A stretch of 64,000 bases of DNA from Chlorokybus atmophyticus (lineage: Eukaryota; Plantae; Mesostigma and Chlorokybus algae), in the NCBI GenBank assembly GCA_009103225.1, contig RHPI01003533.1:124001-188000 (forward strand), written 5' to 3'. The notes under the pieces are model-generated. The model did no database searches. It was not told the origin of the DNA and worked only from the letters and a program-made list of their open reading frames with translations. This document shows positions 24,207-38,579 of the stretch, in pieces. Every line of letters begins with the position of its first letter. Within the stretch, counting starts at the first letter, position 1. The position numbers and the translations under genes were made by a program.

Positions 24207-24837
24207 CGCAGTACACGACGAACACAGTGGATCATTGGACCAGCCTCTTGAAGTGGTTCAGGAATCTGCTAGCATTAGGTTTGTGAACACATCGGCTCAC
24301 TCGCAAGTTCTTAACACATTTGGCTTACTCCATGCCTTAACGGACCAACGTGCAGTGGCGCTTCGATGCTTAACGCTCAACCTGCATTGTCTTAACGGCG
24401 GCTGAAAGCTGCATCAATGCACTGCCCGCGCTGACATGGCGGCGTGGCACTCCGGTTAAGGTACTGACTGACGCCCGTTAGGACACTGAATGCACAAGCA
24501 CGCAGCTGCCAAATTGTCTGCCTTGCATGGCAGCTGCCGGTGTGGTTGCTTTAGGGGCGGAGGCGGCGACGTGGTGCAGAGGGAGGAGGAGCATGGCTGT
24601 AACGACCACAGCTGGATGAACTTGGTGTGAAATAATAACAATAGAGAACTGGTTGAATCCAGGTTGTCACAGCTGCAGCGGAGCAGCAAAGTGATCAGGT
24701 ATTAACCGCTGAGGTGACGACGACGTGTTTGTTTGTTTGGGATGATTGAGAGTGGTTTGAAGTGTGACGCAGCTGAAAACCTTGCAGCAAATATGCTCGT
24801 TTAAGAAGTAACCCTCAGTGCCTTGCAAGCAGCAAGC

Positions 24838-27800
24838 ATGCTGTATGCATGGGGAGACAACAAGGGAGGCCAGCTGGGCATCCCCCCCAAGCCACCATCT
24901 TGCCCAGCTGTAGAGCTGAGCGCCGCTGGTGTGGCCAATCACTGGCAAGCAGACGGCAGCCGCTATCAGAAGCGGGAGGACGAGCAGAGGCTGCCCGTGC
25001 CTGTGCCAGCACTCTCAGCAGGTGCAGTCCTATGCTCTAATTAGGCAATGCCTGCCAAGTCTGCTTATTATTAAGAGCCGGATAACTCCCAAGATTTGAA
25101 ATCAGATGCATGGCGCCTCCCCGTCACCACTTTCAACTCGTGAGCATGGTTTGAGTTGCGGACATGTCAGCAAACCAACATGCTTGATATGCAAGGCGAC
25201 GTACTTTTGTCTACAAGCACAAATGTCAACATGCAATGGTCGTTCACTACCCCGCAGGTGTAAGGGTGGTGGCCGTCAGCACATCGGAGTTTCACACGCT
25301 GTTCCTGGATGCACTCGGTCTGGTCTATGCGTGCGGAAGGTACGCAGTCTGTACAACTGTTGCTCGCAACTGAGCGAGTCCAAGTCAACGCTGGTGATAT
25401 GTACTCAGGAATCGGGAGGGTCAACTAGGGCTTGGCATGCGCAGCAATGGCGTGAACACTCCAACACGCATCGGTGGGCACTTTGCTGTCGACCGCATCA
25501 CCAAGGCAATCAAGTCCTGCCTCAAGGCTGCTGTTGTAGTGCCCACCTGTTACGAGTCATGTTGCTTCACACTCATGCACACTTGCATTTGCAGGTTGCC
25601 GCAGGAGCACTGCACAGTCTGGCACTAAGCAGTACGGGCGAGTTGTACGCGTGGGGTATGGTGTTAGCTACGCCGCTGCAGCAACAACAACAACCTGAGA
25701 CAGAAAACACGATATCGCGAGGGCGGCTCCCGGGCCTTGCCGATATTGTTGAGCGCTGGAATCTCCAGTACCACAGAGGGGGCGAGGACATTGATATTCT
25801 TGACATCAACAACCTCACCCTGCCTGCTGTGGAGAAACGCCTGCAGGCTACGCCTGCCATGGTTGCAGGCTTACCCGGCAAGAATGCAGGTGAGTATTAT
25901 GGGCTTCATGCGCGCAGTTTTGAGTTACACAACAAAAGTTAAGACGTCTGCAGTTAACATCGCCGCCGGCTTTTCCTTTTCGCTCGTGGCGCTGAGTGAC
26001 GGGACCGCATATGCATTTGGCTACTCTGACAAGGGGCAACTCGGGTGCGGTGATCGCATAGCAAGAGCTGAGGTGCTGGCTTGCACATGCATTCCATGGT
26101 TCTGCTTTTTAGCCCTTAAAGAGATGACAGTAACGCCTGTTGGATGCACTGTCATTGTCGGATGCCTTTGATTGTGTTGTTGCAGTTAAGAGGACTTGAC
26201 TTGCGGTTCAATACAGCCGGTCAAGGTTTGCGTGCCCGCAGACGAGTTCATCACACACATAGCGTGCGGGCGTGATCACGCAGTTGCCGTCACAGAAGCT
26301 GGAAACATGTACTCCTGGGGTAAGCGCACAGCATTGTTATTGCAATCGTCAACTGCAAACATTGTGTTGGTCGCACACTCGTGAGTGTGCGACCAATGGC
26401 ACTGTTTTTCTGTCAGGTTTTAATGCCTTTGGGCAACTTGGCTGCAAGTCTTCTTCTGTTCTAATACCGCAACGCGTGATGGTGGACACCTACCCGATGC
26501 AACAGCAACGCAAAGTTACGCACGCAGCGTGCGGCACATTCTTTACATGTGCTGTGCTAGATGATGGGTCCGCTCTTTCATGGGTGAGTTGGCAATGCAT
26601 ACGTGTCATCTTACTCCCTTGACAATAATGCCACTTGGTCGCTGTTTCAACTGTGCACTCACAAAAGTTATCGCTCCACCCCCCCCTCAACCTTGATCAT
26701 GGTTTGGCAATCTTCAATAACTCATGGGTGCCTGATGTAGACTTATTGCGTGCAGCATGCAGCATGCATGTCGTGTTACGACCAAAGTTTAATGAGGGTG
26801 CATGGCATTGATACTGCTTTGTTCTCTCCTGGCACCACAGGGGCACAACGAGTATGGGCAGCTGGGTGAGTGCGCTCCACCGGAGTCAGATCGCCAGGGG
26901 CGTGCTCGTTGCGCTGATGCCGGCGCTTATACAGCAAACAATGTGCGTCTTCAGTCGAATGAGCGCACAGCCACAGTTGCTTGCGGTGAGTGCTTCATAC
27001 ATACATGCCCCACTGCATGTGTGGGTGTGCGCATGCGCGCGCACGTACACCAGCTTGCAGGTGCCCCTGTTTGGAACTTCCGGGGCTTATACACCTTGCC
27101 ATGGCAGGCAACTTGCACACAATTGCCATGACTCAGACTGGCCGAATATACGCGTGGGGTTGGAACGAAGCTGGATGCTTAGGCATCGACTCAAGAACGC
27201 TCCATTCTCCACCGCAAGAGATACCTGGTTTTGACGATGATGACAATACAGCTGTTCACATCGCCGCAGGTGGCAAGCGCTCCTTTGCCATCGCTGCTGG
27301 GGAGATTGGGACCTCAAACTTGCTGCCTCTGTACTTGGCAACACTAGATGCTACCAATACCGATTCAACAGCAGCAGATGTCTGCTTTGCTGTCGGGCGC
27401 GCTGGCACACGCGTATTTGCCCATTGTGTCATTATACACGCTAGGTGCCCTCGCCTTGCGGCCATAATAGCGTTTTCAACACGCTTCATTTATTTACCTG
27501 TCGTCGGGCCGCCAAACAGTGACATCATCCTGCCTGAATACGAGCTAGAGGTGTGCAGATTTGGAGGACATGAGAGTGATGGGTTCTTTGCATAATGACC
27601 TGACTTCTGCTTGTGTACAGGCGTTCAGAGCAGTGATGGAGTACATATACACAGATTCAGTATCGCTGAAGGGTTACAGGCTTGCCCACAAAGTAGCAGA
27701 GGCAGCAAAACGACTTCAGCTGCCTCGGCTATCTGCCTTGTGCAGACGCGTGATGACACGCCGCGACGCCACCCGGAAGTAGGCATGCATTTTGCGCACA

Positions 27801-28781
27801 TATGTGCTGTGCTGGCAAATGCCAGTATGCACCAAACCACATGCAGAGTGCAAACTTTAGTGGGTTGCGTACACGGCGCCTCGTGAAGGGTCCCATGTCT
27901 TGAGACTATTGTAAGTGTATTCTGTGCGCAGGGTTTCACGAGTTCCCAAGTCCACATTTGTGCAAGACATGCGAGAGCGCGGGTTACAAGGTTGGGATCA
28001 GGTACCGAATGTGTGTCATTGCAACAGTTGTGTCAAACTTTTGCATGCCAATTAACGTGTATCAATCGCAGGATGTGCGCTTTATCTCGCGTCAACATCC
28101 TGAATGGTCTCTTGACTGCCACCGTTTGCTGCTGCGCCATGTGGGGGATTACTTCCACGGCTTGTTCCGAGAGGGAACCTTTCAAGAAGGAAGCGCCGCT
28201 AGTGGCACGCAGACACAGCTTCGTTCTGCAGAAGTCGATACAGAAACAATGTCGCTGGAAGCCTTTGAAACCATAGTGGACTTTGCATATACCGGTAAGC
28301 CATTGAAATGTCCCCACAACGCCCTTGTGACATGCACTTGCAGGACTCAACGCACAATTGACACATGCGCGCTCACGCACATGCCCATGCTCACGCCCAC
28401 AGACACACTTATACATACACTGTGCAGCGGACACAGGCTTGGAGCAAGCAGATGTTCAGACGGCCCTTCAGATCTTCATTGCGGCTGACAGGTTTGTGGA
28501 AGACATTACCTACAGAATAGTAGCTGTTTCTCCGCATTGTTGGCTGTGTGGTACATATGGTCGCATGAGCGCTGGGTGAGTCAACTCCACAATATGTGTG
28601 GTCACTCTGTTTGCGTGTGTTTTGCAGGTACGGTGTAAAGCCGCTGCGAGAACAGGCAGAGCTGCACGTAGTGGACTTGGTAGACGATGACAACGTGCAT
28701 CACTTGTTGGAAGCGGCGCAGCGGTATGGGGCTTTGCGGTTAGAGTTTGCTTGTAGCCAGCGTAACAAAGCACGCATCTAG
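24838..28781 (+). CDS. RCC1-repeat protein with two C-terminal BTB/POZ domains (RCBTB/IBTK-like architecture)
   Basis: RCC1 repeats (LYAWGDNKGGQLG; VAAGALHSLALSSTGELYAWG; IACGRDHAVAVTEAGNMYSWG; GNLHTIAMTQTGRIYAWGWNEAGCLG). BTB1 ADVCFAVGRAGTRVFAHCVIIHARCP...FRAVMEYIYTD; BTB2 DVRFI...CHRLLL...FETIVDFAYT. Stop at 28779-28781. Confidence 0.85.
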
Positions 28782-29751
28782 TCCATAGTAGTGCCCCTTG
28801 TTTAGGTGTAAACCACAATTGGATGCATCGGTGTTTCCCAGTCAGAAAGCAAGCCTTTCCAGAAATGATTACACGCTTGGTTGTTGCCAGCCAATGACAT
28901 AATGATGGTACAAAAGATGCGAGAGGCAATTAGCACATGCAATGTTACATCACCACCACTCACCAACTTGACCACCGGGCTGAGGCATGCGCCTGCTATC
29001 TATCAACTACTACTAGACCCCTACTGCCCCCCTGTTAAGGAGACATGCATGCACAGCAATGGCAGTCACCTGCGCATGCGCCTTGGTTAGCGATCTTGTG
29101 CAGCAGCGACCACAACAGCAGCAGCAGGAGCGGGCAGACGTGGACTGTACAGAACATGCGCAACATGTATGCACATGCACGACACATGCAAGCGTCATGT
29201 CCATATGTAGTCAAACACCGTTCATGTAGACCACCGGGCTATTGTGAGGCAGCCAAGACAGTCAGCCAGATAAGTCGACCTCTCCCCTACACAAAAGCAA
29301 AAACCCGGGGGAGGGGGGTGGCATGAACAGACATTAAGCACATGCAGTGCAGCCAAGTAGACGAAGCTTCCTGACCAACAAAGATTGAGTGGGTGAGCGG
29401 TCAGCTTTGCCAAAAGAGAGATGCTGCTCATGCAATGATGTTGATCTCATGCTCGTAAACATCTTTGCAGGTATGCGCCTGTTTACAAGTCCATGCTGGC
29501 ACAATATGGGGATAAAACCTTGAGGCGACCATGCAACTCCCAGTGGCAAACATAACAGATGATACATTGGAGCCGCCTTATTCATTGCCCCGGCAGCAGT
29601 GTGCAACACTCAAAGTAATACAATCTGGATTTCAGTACAATTCCCAACAGCAACGTGTGACCATGTGGTACACTGAACACATTATCCATCGCATTGTTGT
29701 ACACTACCCAGCCGCACGGTGCATTCAATGGAGTCAACAAACAATGACTGA

Positions 29752-31446
29752 TCACTTGCTACTGCTGTTATTGGCAGTGTTGCCGCCATTACTACTCATA
29801 AACCTCGCTCGAGCAGCCGCCATACTCTGCTGAAAATCTCCCACTGTTGCCTGCGTGAGCAATGACCATGTAAGCCATACATATAAACGCATTGCAAACA
29901 TGCACATGAATGTGCTTGCTGTAAGTATGCTTGAATCGCAATCCGCTGTGACTGTGCATGCCTCATCCTCCGGTGCATGCCTGTGAGTGCGTGCGTTTGC
30001 GTGCATGCTTGCGCGCATGTGTGCATGGGTGTGGGCGTGCTTGCCAGCATGCATGTGTGTGCTTGCAAGTGTATGCGTGCATGCTTATGCATTGAGTCCA
30101 TGCTCTATGGGCTATACATATGCACATAAAGGCTTGTGCCACCCTCACAAACTGAAGTTTGTAACAACAGTAGTTCAAACACTTACCTGGAGTGGAAGTT
30201 TGGAGTTGCCTCCCCACACCGACCCGCCGTCAGCCGTGCTGTAACTTACCGTGCGCTCTGCATCATGCATGTGCAACCATTGTACATCTTACATAAGGCC
30301 GTGCTGTGAGAGATTGCTAATTAACAACCGCTTGAGTAATAGGAGCAAATGTGGCTCACCTGACTCAGGTATTGAAGAGTCATTGCACGCATTGGTAGCA
30401 GCATTCCAACCTGCAAGCCCCAGTGTTGTTATTTCGAACAATTAGCACCGTCAGCAATAATAAGTGCTCAACATGTATCATGCAAGCTTGCGGCAGCATT
30501 TCTCTTGCTTACGTTCTTTTGTGAATCGCACGACCTCCGCGGTGTTGAACCCGGCGTCCGCGGCCTTGTCGGTAGAGACGTTGCTGTTGTTGACGCCACT
30601 GCTGTTGTTGCTGGAGTTATTGGGGTTGTTGAACGATGGTGAGCGCTCGGGACGCCCGTCACCTGTCAATTGATACAACCCATCAACTGCTTGGTTCTCG
30701 ATGTTCCTGACAGAAACCTTTTTCACAATGGAAGGCCACCATGGTTCCCGTGGTGGCCTTACATTGGCCCATGGACATGACGGCCAGAGTCTCGTGAGTT
30801 TCAATATATTGTGCCTAAATGTCCCAAGCACTGTGCTGTCCCTTAGGCACAGCACTCTTCTTGGAAACAGTTGCCACAAAACAGCTTTCGCGAACCATCT
30901 GTTTGCTTGCTTGCGTATATCAGTGTTGGTCTGCTTGCTGAGCTGTTTATTTGTTTGTTTGTTCATGTAGATGTCTGGTTTGATGAAGGGCACACTACCT
31001 CGGCCTCTTCCTCGCTGGTTGTATCCGCCCCTTCCACTGTGAGAGATGACAAACAAAGGGAGAGAATTCAGCTGCAAGACCAACACCACAGTCTTACAAC
31101 AAATAGCCATCCCTCATCTTAACAAGATGTCTCACGAAGACTAACATGCAGACCACAAGCTCAAGACAACACACAGCAAAGAATATGCACAAACTACAAA
31201 TGCACTATGTCACAAGGAGACACAGCACACTTTGTGAATTGACAACTAAAGCCAGAAACAAGCGCAAGCGAGCCTCAGAATGCACCCAAACGAACCCGAT
31301 TGGCATCCAAAAAGCGTTTCAACAACAACCCAACCAAACACATACCCCAATGAAACCAAGAAGGCAAGCACAGGAAAGAAGACCAGAAGCACGAAACAAA
31401 CAAACAATCAGTGCGCTTACCGCATGCCTCGCTGGTCGTGGTCCAT
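29752..31446 (-). CDS. Small low-complexity protein with an N-terminal RGG/RG-rich segment; unknown function
   Basis: Spliced MDHDQRGMR|...GRGGYNQRGRGR|GDGRPERSPSFNNPNNSS...AGFNTAEVVRFTKE|RWNAATNACNDSSIPES|...|ATVGDFQQSMAAARARFMSSNGGNTANNSSSK*. Confidence 0.55.
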
Positions 31447-31788
31447 ATATTGTCGGGGGCGTGTGGCAGGAAAGCGAGCCCCCCTCCGGCGCTCAGACTG
31501 TCATGATGACTACTGCAGCTCAAGACCCTACCCTACAAAACTACACCCACGACGATAACGCCAACGACGCCGTCGTCGCCGCCGCCGCTGCTTTGTCGGT
31601 TAGCGGTGGAGCGTAACGGTTTACGTAACAGAGTTACGGTCGTGAACCACACCACTCCAAGTTAATTGACTGATTCGTTGGGTTCGGAATGAACTATCAT
31701 GAACTAACAAGCAGTTTAGTTCGATAAGTCACTTTGTGCGGTTGTTGAGTTACGGCAAGCGTCATTAGCCGCCGCTGGCCACGGCGAC

Positions 31789-34393
31789 ATGCTGCCACGT
31801 GGCGCCTGGGCGGCGGCCACCGCCGCGCGGCGCTTCGGGGGGCTGCCTCGTGGCGTACGGTGGCTCAGCGTCTCTGCCGGCGGCGGCGGCGATGTGGGCG
31901 GGGAGCTTGGCATTGAGCACCTCAGCGGCGAAGATGAAGGTTCGTTGCTAGTACATTCTAACGGCCAAATGGACCACAAAATGGCAGATTGTTTTCTTCC
32001 TCAATCTCAGAATGTGCTTGCGTTTACTCAATGCTTGGTCAATGTGTGTGTTTGTTGGGAATGATTGATCGCTGTTTAGATAAATGCTTTCCGCGTATGG
32101 TGCTGCTACGTGAGCGGCAATGGTCGTGACACCTAATGCATGAATTGTCTTTCTAAGTTGCATTCATCAACGTGTGAAAGCAAAGCCTCTTTGTTGTTGG
32201 CATGTCCTAGTCGTGTTCTGTTCTTCCTCGCATACAGGCTTCAATGAAAAAAACCAAGCGCGCAACCTCCTGATCAGAGAAAGGTCTCTCTATAGCGTAT
32301 ACACACGTACGCGCATGCGTGTGCGCGGTTGGTCGGTTGGGTGCGTGGGTGGGTGGGTGACTGGCTTAGGGTTTGGTGTTTCACTTTGCTTGCTACAGAT
32401 GGACTGATTGACTGACGAAGTCGAGCACTCACCCACCCACCCACCCACTCACTCCCACACAGGCATCCAGGTCTGGTCCCTCCGTCGCCCCTCCTCCCGC
32501 AACTCCCTGGGTCGCGTTCTCGTGGGCGAGCTGGGTCGCGCCGTGGAGTCGGCCGCGGGGGACGCGAGAGCGAGGGCCGTCGTGCTGAGGAGCGGGGTCG
32601 AGGGGGTCTTCTGCGCGGGGGCGGACCTCAAGGTGTGGGTGGGGTGGGTGGGTGGGTGGGGAGGTGTACCTGGGTTATATGCTGTGTGAATGAGTGTGGG
32701 CGCGCGTTGGAGAGCAGCGTGCCGTGTCGGTCGGTCTGTCTCTCCTTGCGTGTAGATGCGTGTGGTGCGGGTATTGTTTCCAGGGGCGGTAAGTCTGTGT
32801 GCGTGCACGTGTGTTCAAGGATGCGAGATGTGCATTGGGAGCCGCTATTGCACAAAGTTGGTTGTGGCCCTGCAGCCCAGTGTTGGCACACTTGGTGTAC
32901 TAATATCATCCTTTGCCTCTGTAGGAGAGAAGGCAGATGATCGAGGATGAGACAGTCAAGTTTGTCAACAAGCTGCGAAGCACCTTCAGCGCATTGGAGG
33001 TTGGCAGCTTCACGTGTTCGCACATGCAACCGCACACACGTGCACGCACAAACATCTACGCACACACAGCAACATGTCCCCACTCAGGCTTTGCCAGTGC
33101 CGACAATCGCTGCAATGGACGGGCATGCCTTAGGGGGAGGATTGGAGTTGGCGCTCGCATGCGACATGCGAATAGCTGGTGCGCGTGTTGAGGCTGTGAC
33201 GCAAACACTGCTTGCATGTGCTTATGTTGTGTCATTACGTGCTAAGCAAGGCGTATTACACAAGCAGGTGCATCGGCAGTGCTGGGCTTGCCCGAAACCA
33301 GTCTTGCAATTATCCCCGGGTAATCAAGCGTTTGTTGGCATGCATGCACACATGCGTGTATTTAGTAAGTGTTTAAGTGTGCGTAAGCGTTTGTTGTTGT
33401 GCGTGTACACATGTGTGCAGTAAGTGCCTACATGAGTTGTTTGGTGTATTGCTTTACTAGAGCGGGTGGCACGCAGCGGCTCGCAAGGTTGATTGGAATG
33501 GCGCGAGCGAAGGAGATGATATTCACCGCGGCAAGGATATCCGCACAGCAGGCAGAGGATATCGGTATATTAATTGAGCTTTGCCCAACTTCAAGTTGTT
33601 AACTGCAGCAGCTTACTGATACATTATCTCTGGCAATGACAGGCTTGGTGAACTACTGTGTTCCTGAAGGCACTGCATTTGAACGGGCGCTGCAGATAGC
33701 TAAACAAATAGCACAACAGGTACTGCACCTACACCGACACCTTTCTCCCTGTCAATCTCGGTTTGTCTCTTCTTTGCATGCACGCCAGTGTGCGTTGCTG
33801 CCAGTTAATATTTGCATGCAATGGCACGTGCGTGCATACCTAGGCGGTCACGCTTATGTATAGGCACACATACACGTCTGAACATGCGCCCGCAAACGCA
33901 TGGGGCGCACTCGCATGCCAGCGCACTTACATGTGTGCGTGTTCATGTCACAAGGGCTTGGCATTCAAGGTAACGTAGACTTTTTGCAGGGGCCATTGGC
34001 TGTGAAGATGGCAAAGCTGGCAGTCAACAGAGGTTGTGAGGTAAGTTTACACTTCACATTGTGGCTAAGTATAGACACTATCTACCCTGCTCCCACCAGT
34101 ACCAGTAGTCATTGAGTATACAGTAACTGCATCAATGTACCAAACAGCACTACGCTGATTCAGCAAGTCTCAAGCTCTCCAGTACTGTTCCATTGAGCAA
34201 TAGGGGCCACAAGCAGTGTACTGACGTGTGACTGTGGCATAGTTTATAATACGTTCTCATATAATAGGTTGATCTGGCCACTGGTCTTGTTATAGAAGAG
34301 AGCTGTTATCAAAGGATCATCCCCAGTCAAGACCGGCTGGAAGGGTTGGCCGCATTTGTTGAGAAGCGAAAGCCCAAATACATTGGCAAATAG
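31789..34393 (+). CDS. AUH: Mitochondrial methylglutaconyl-CoA hydratase (AUH-type enoyl-CoA hydratase/isomerase)
   Basis: Nine exons. Motifs [81 protein letters not shown]; mitochondrial-type presequence. Confidence 0.92.
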
Positions 34394-35302
34394 CCAAGGT
34401 ATGTGCCATAGCCAAGCTGTACAGGTATTGCTCTGAAAGGATGTCTGTGTAGGTAGGTAGTAGTATCGCCCTGTATACAATTGCAGAAGTATATGTGCAG
34501 TGTGGTGGTAGAAGCCAATGTCAGCCGTGTGCTACTGGGGGGATGGCCCCTACTCTCACGAACAGGCACTTGTTATCCTGCATGCTAAGCAAATTCATGT
34601 GGTTGCAGCACAGCCATACATGACAACTACCTGGTAGTCACACAAAAATACTTGGCAGCTATAACCATATCTGTGCGGACCAAACCAACAACTCAAATGC
34701 GTCATCATATATGCCGCCCACACTTGGCAGTTGCTAAGGTGTGGTGCTTGTGTGTCAGGTATGCCAGCTATTCTCACCGCTGCTAGTGCCCTGCCTCCTC
34801 CATTGACTGCTGCCAAGCCTTCTGTGCTGGAATTTGTAAAAACTGATCAATTCTTGGGGAGCCTGGCCAGTTCTTTGCTCTTGCTTTTGCTGTGGTTGCT
34901 TGCCAGCGTTTGGCTGACTATTGTGGTCGTGTGCTTGTGCTGCTGCTGCATGCCCACACACATGCTTGCTACATGTTCGTGGCTGATTCACGAACATCAC
35001 TGAATGCACACAGCTTCAGCTTATAAGCATGACAATCTTGAACAGCGTAGTTCACATGCTTTTCTTGCCTGCACATGACAAGCACTCCAGCAGATATTGA
35101 AGTGGACCATTGACAAAAGATGTTGCAAGTGAATAACACCTGTACAGAGTTCAACAAGCTCCACCAAACATGCAAAGCGCCTCTACAACTCTACACTCTG
35201 TAAATCACCAATCACTAACCTATGCACAAGGCTGACAGCAACGCAAGATGCTGACATCGTCTATTGAGTAAAGACGCTGGTTTTTACAACTGCTGGTATT
35301 TT

Positions 35303-37551
35303 CTACGCCACCTTCTTCTCCTTGGTGGGCACATGCGCATACTCGCCCTTGGCAGCATGCTCCTTGCTGCGCACCTCTGGGTTGGGATGGGAAAACTCTG
35401 TCGACAACAGATGACCGTACCGGAAGACGAACAGCCACATTGACAGAAGACCCAGCCACACCTGCGAAAACACACGCACATATGTCAAGGGTGCATGCAT
35501 GCCCATAGCGGAATTCAAATTCAATTCAGATTTGTACGGCGCGTGTGCAAGTGTGCACGCGTGTGCAGCGCAAATGGACTCACCAGGAATGTGTATGGGC
35601 GCAGAGGTTCGGGCATGGCAAACACTTCATTGCGGTAGTATGGTATCACGCTAATCTCGCCACAGACCACGATGGCTGAGAGGACTGCGTTGGCCTGCAT
35701 TGCATGCTTGTTTGTCAGAAAAGTTATTCACCAATGAGTGAACTGCTGTGGACGATGTTGACATGCACGTTGTAACAAATGTCACATGGACACATGCATG
35801 CACAGTGTTGTACTTGTGCGCACCATAATGAGAGGCTTCAGGTTCCGGAAGAGGATGAACGCAGTCAGGTTTAGGGCAGACAAGCTCAATGCGACCACCT
35901 TGGGGATGAAGTAGCCTCGCTCGTGCTCAGCATTTACCACAGCGCTTGAGAGGAAGAGACCCTGTTTGCGTCACAGACCAATGTCAGATTGTTATATACG
36001 TGTGCATGTGCACCGACACAACAATGTAACTGACCACCTCACCTGGATGGTCAGGAGGATGTGAAGGATGATATCGCGCTCAAGGAACTTGGTGCGAAGG
36101 TACGGGCCGCCCAGGACAAGAGTCAGCAGCTTGAACATGGACAGTGTTGCAATGCCAACCCAAACCCAAGCCTGACATATTGACACAAAAAGTGAGTTGA
36201 CTGCAGTTACTTGACAGGAACTATGCTTCAACTGATGCAAAACGGTCGCAACCTGAATGTTGGGTGCTGCGCGAAGCGCATCAAGCGCAAACTTTCCGCG
36301 ATACCGGAACACATCACTGTCCCAAAACAGGCCGTACAGTGTCGCTCCCCAGGCCAAGGTCGCATTTGCCTGCGTTATACATTCATGTTGTCAAGCCCAT
36401 GCAAAGGCATTGCCCAAATTATGCACACACGCAAGTGCGTATGTATGTACATATGCATATCCTACGTCAATCTAACCAAATGCATTACACCACAAATGTA
36501 CACAAACACTGTAAGGTGGCAGGCACCACCATTGCATGCATTGCTTACCACAAGTGTAACACTTGCAAGGATGTGAAATACGCTGCGGCTCTTCATGGTG
36601 GTCAGTGCAGAAAACAAGTTGGAGAAAGTGAGTGCAAAGAAGGCCAAGCGCGTGATGGGTGACGTGCGCAGCGATGGATCGGCCAGTACTGCGAACTGGT
36701 AAAGGTACAGCCCAAACGCCGCCGCATGGATGAGAAAGTATACGCGATCAAACACCCTGCATGATGTTGAACCAAGCAATTGTCAATGCTGCTGTTGCTG
36801 CCTGAGCTTGTGACACAACAACCCTCCTTCACATTGCTTACGTGTAGTAGTCACGGTGGAGAAGCGCTTTGTTGGGATCCACTTGTTGCACTACACTGGC
36901 CAAGTCCGCCTGACCAGCCTTGTTGAGAGCTTCCTGCATCACGCCTTTTGCACTCTCAACCTGTTCCAGCAGAGGCGCAGGGGCGCAATCAGTCAGGCAG
37001 ACAAGCAAGTGCGTGAAATCGAGGCAAACGCTGCTTGGCAGCGCTGTGGGTATCAAATTGCACAGTAGCAGTTGATAAGTGTAAACTCTTAGAGCGCGAA
37101 GACACCATACAACGGGTAGTTTCCTTGCTTACAGCATGAGCATAAGTGAACAGCAGACACAAAAATCAGCATGCTGAGTTCGGTAGTGACCACACAGTGT
37201 CTTACCGCTGGAGCGGCGTTGGCTGCCAGGTTTGACGCCAGCTCCGAAGCTTTGCTGGTGACTTGCTGAGCTGTCTCTACCGCTGTCTGCAACACATACA
37301 CGTTTAGATTAGCGCATGCATAAGCTGTGGTTGAACCTTTGAGCAGCACGCACACCAGGGACCTTATGACCTGTGTGTGCACACACCTGCACAACGGGAT
37401 GCTGCGTAGCGCTCTGAAAGACGCTGGCCGCCTGCTGCCTGGCCTTCTCGACTGCAGCATCCGGCCCCTGCTTGAATAAGAGTGACTGCTGCTGCTGCTC
37501 CACCGGCGGGCCTGCTGGCGGCTGAGTACGCGTAGCCATCGGCTCAGCCAT
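35303..37551 (-). CDS. Multi-pass membrane protein of unknown family with a soluble Ala/Gln-rich N-terminus
   Basis: Exons with hydrophobic helices (YFLIHAAAFGLYLYQFAVLA; LAFFALTFSNLFSAL; VWVGIATLSMFKLLTLVLGG; DIILHILLTIQ; VWLGLLSMWLFVFRYG); start MAEPMATRTQ at 37551; end ...HVPTKEKKVA*. Confidence 0.65.
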
Positions 37552-38086
37552 GCTGCCTGCTGCTGGCTCCCTCCTACTGTACCAAGCACTCCTCTTCCAC
37601 AGCCAACCTCGGGATACCCTCAGGACCCCACGGAAACCCCTCCTACCAGCCACGATGTCACCCACGCTTCCGGTAACCCCGCCGTCGACACCGCCGCCGC
37701 CGCTGCCAAGCCTGTGCACGCTGACAAGCACGCTGAGCGGCCTACGAGCTGATCTAAGCTTTGAAGCCGCCTATTAACGGCAGTTATCGGCCATTGAGTG
37801 CTTGTTGGTATTTGCCAAGTGCACTGCAGGCTCGGCGCCTTGTGGCTCTATGAAATGGTTTAACGTAGGAAGCTTTGTAAACGGCGCGGATCAAGTCAGA
37901 TTCCTGGCAATTCATTCACGTGACGTGTGCTGCATGCTATCTGATGGATATCTAGTATCTTATTCGCAGGCGATGCCCGAGCGCTGGTCATGGTTGAAGA
38001 GTCGCAGCGCGCGACGCCGTCGTCGGTTACTGCAGGTTTCACCGAATCATGCAAATCATATTTTCATGACATGCGGGCTGTGCAAC

Positions 38087-38579
38087 TAGCGCTGGGATGT
38101 TAAGCTTAGAAGGTCGACCTTAATTATTACAAGTGTAAATTACGTAGGTTACTCTTACACATGTAATCTGAGTTTCTTTGTGCGCCAACAGTGCGCCGCA
38201 CAAGCCTGCAAGCCTTCTACACCAAGCTTCCGTGTTAGGCATCTGGTACACTCATGTGTCTATGAAAGTTCCGACTTGTGGCAGGTAGGGAAGTTGATTT
38301 TACGCCTAGTCTACGCGATACTCGCTCTCAGCTGCAATATTACTCAAGTATCAGCCGCACAGAGCATGTGCGAGCTGAAAAACAGTCTGCGCACACCTTG
38401 CGCGGTCAATTAACACCCGCACACAAAAGCGGGGGACTTCTGAGAATGCAACCGTAACTAAAATTAAAGTCATTTGTGTAATTTAAAGCCTCCACAACCG
38501 TGGGATCTTAAATACAATGTAAGTTAAGCACTTAATTACGTAAGCTTAATAAACCGTAACCTGTAACGTCCCAGCCTTA
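38087..38579. mobile_element. Candidate MITE (about 490 bp) with imperfect TIRs
   Basis: Left TAGCGCTGGGATGTTAA versus reverse complement of the right end TAAGGCTGGGACGTTAC; AT-rich subterminal GTAAC/TTAC motifs; no clear TSD. Confidence 0.45.
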
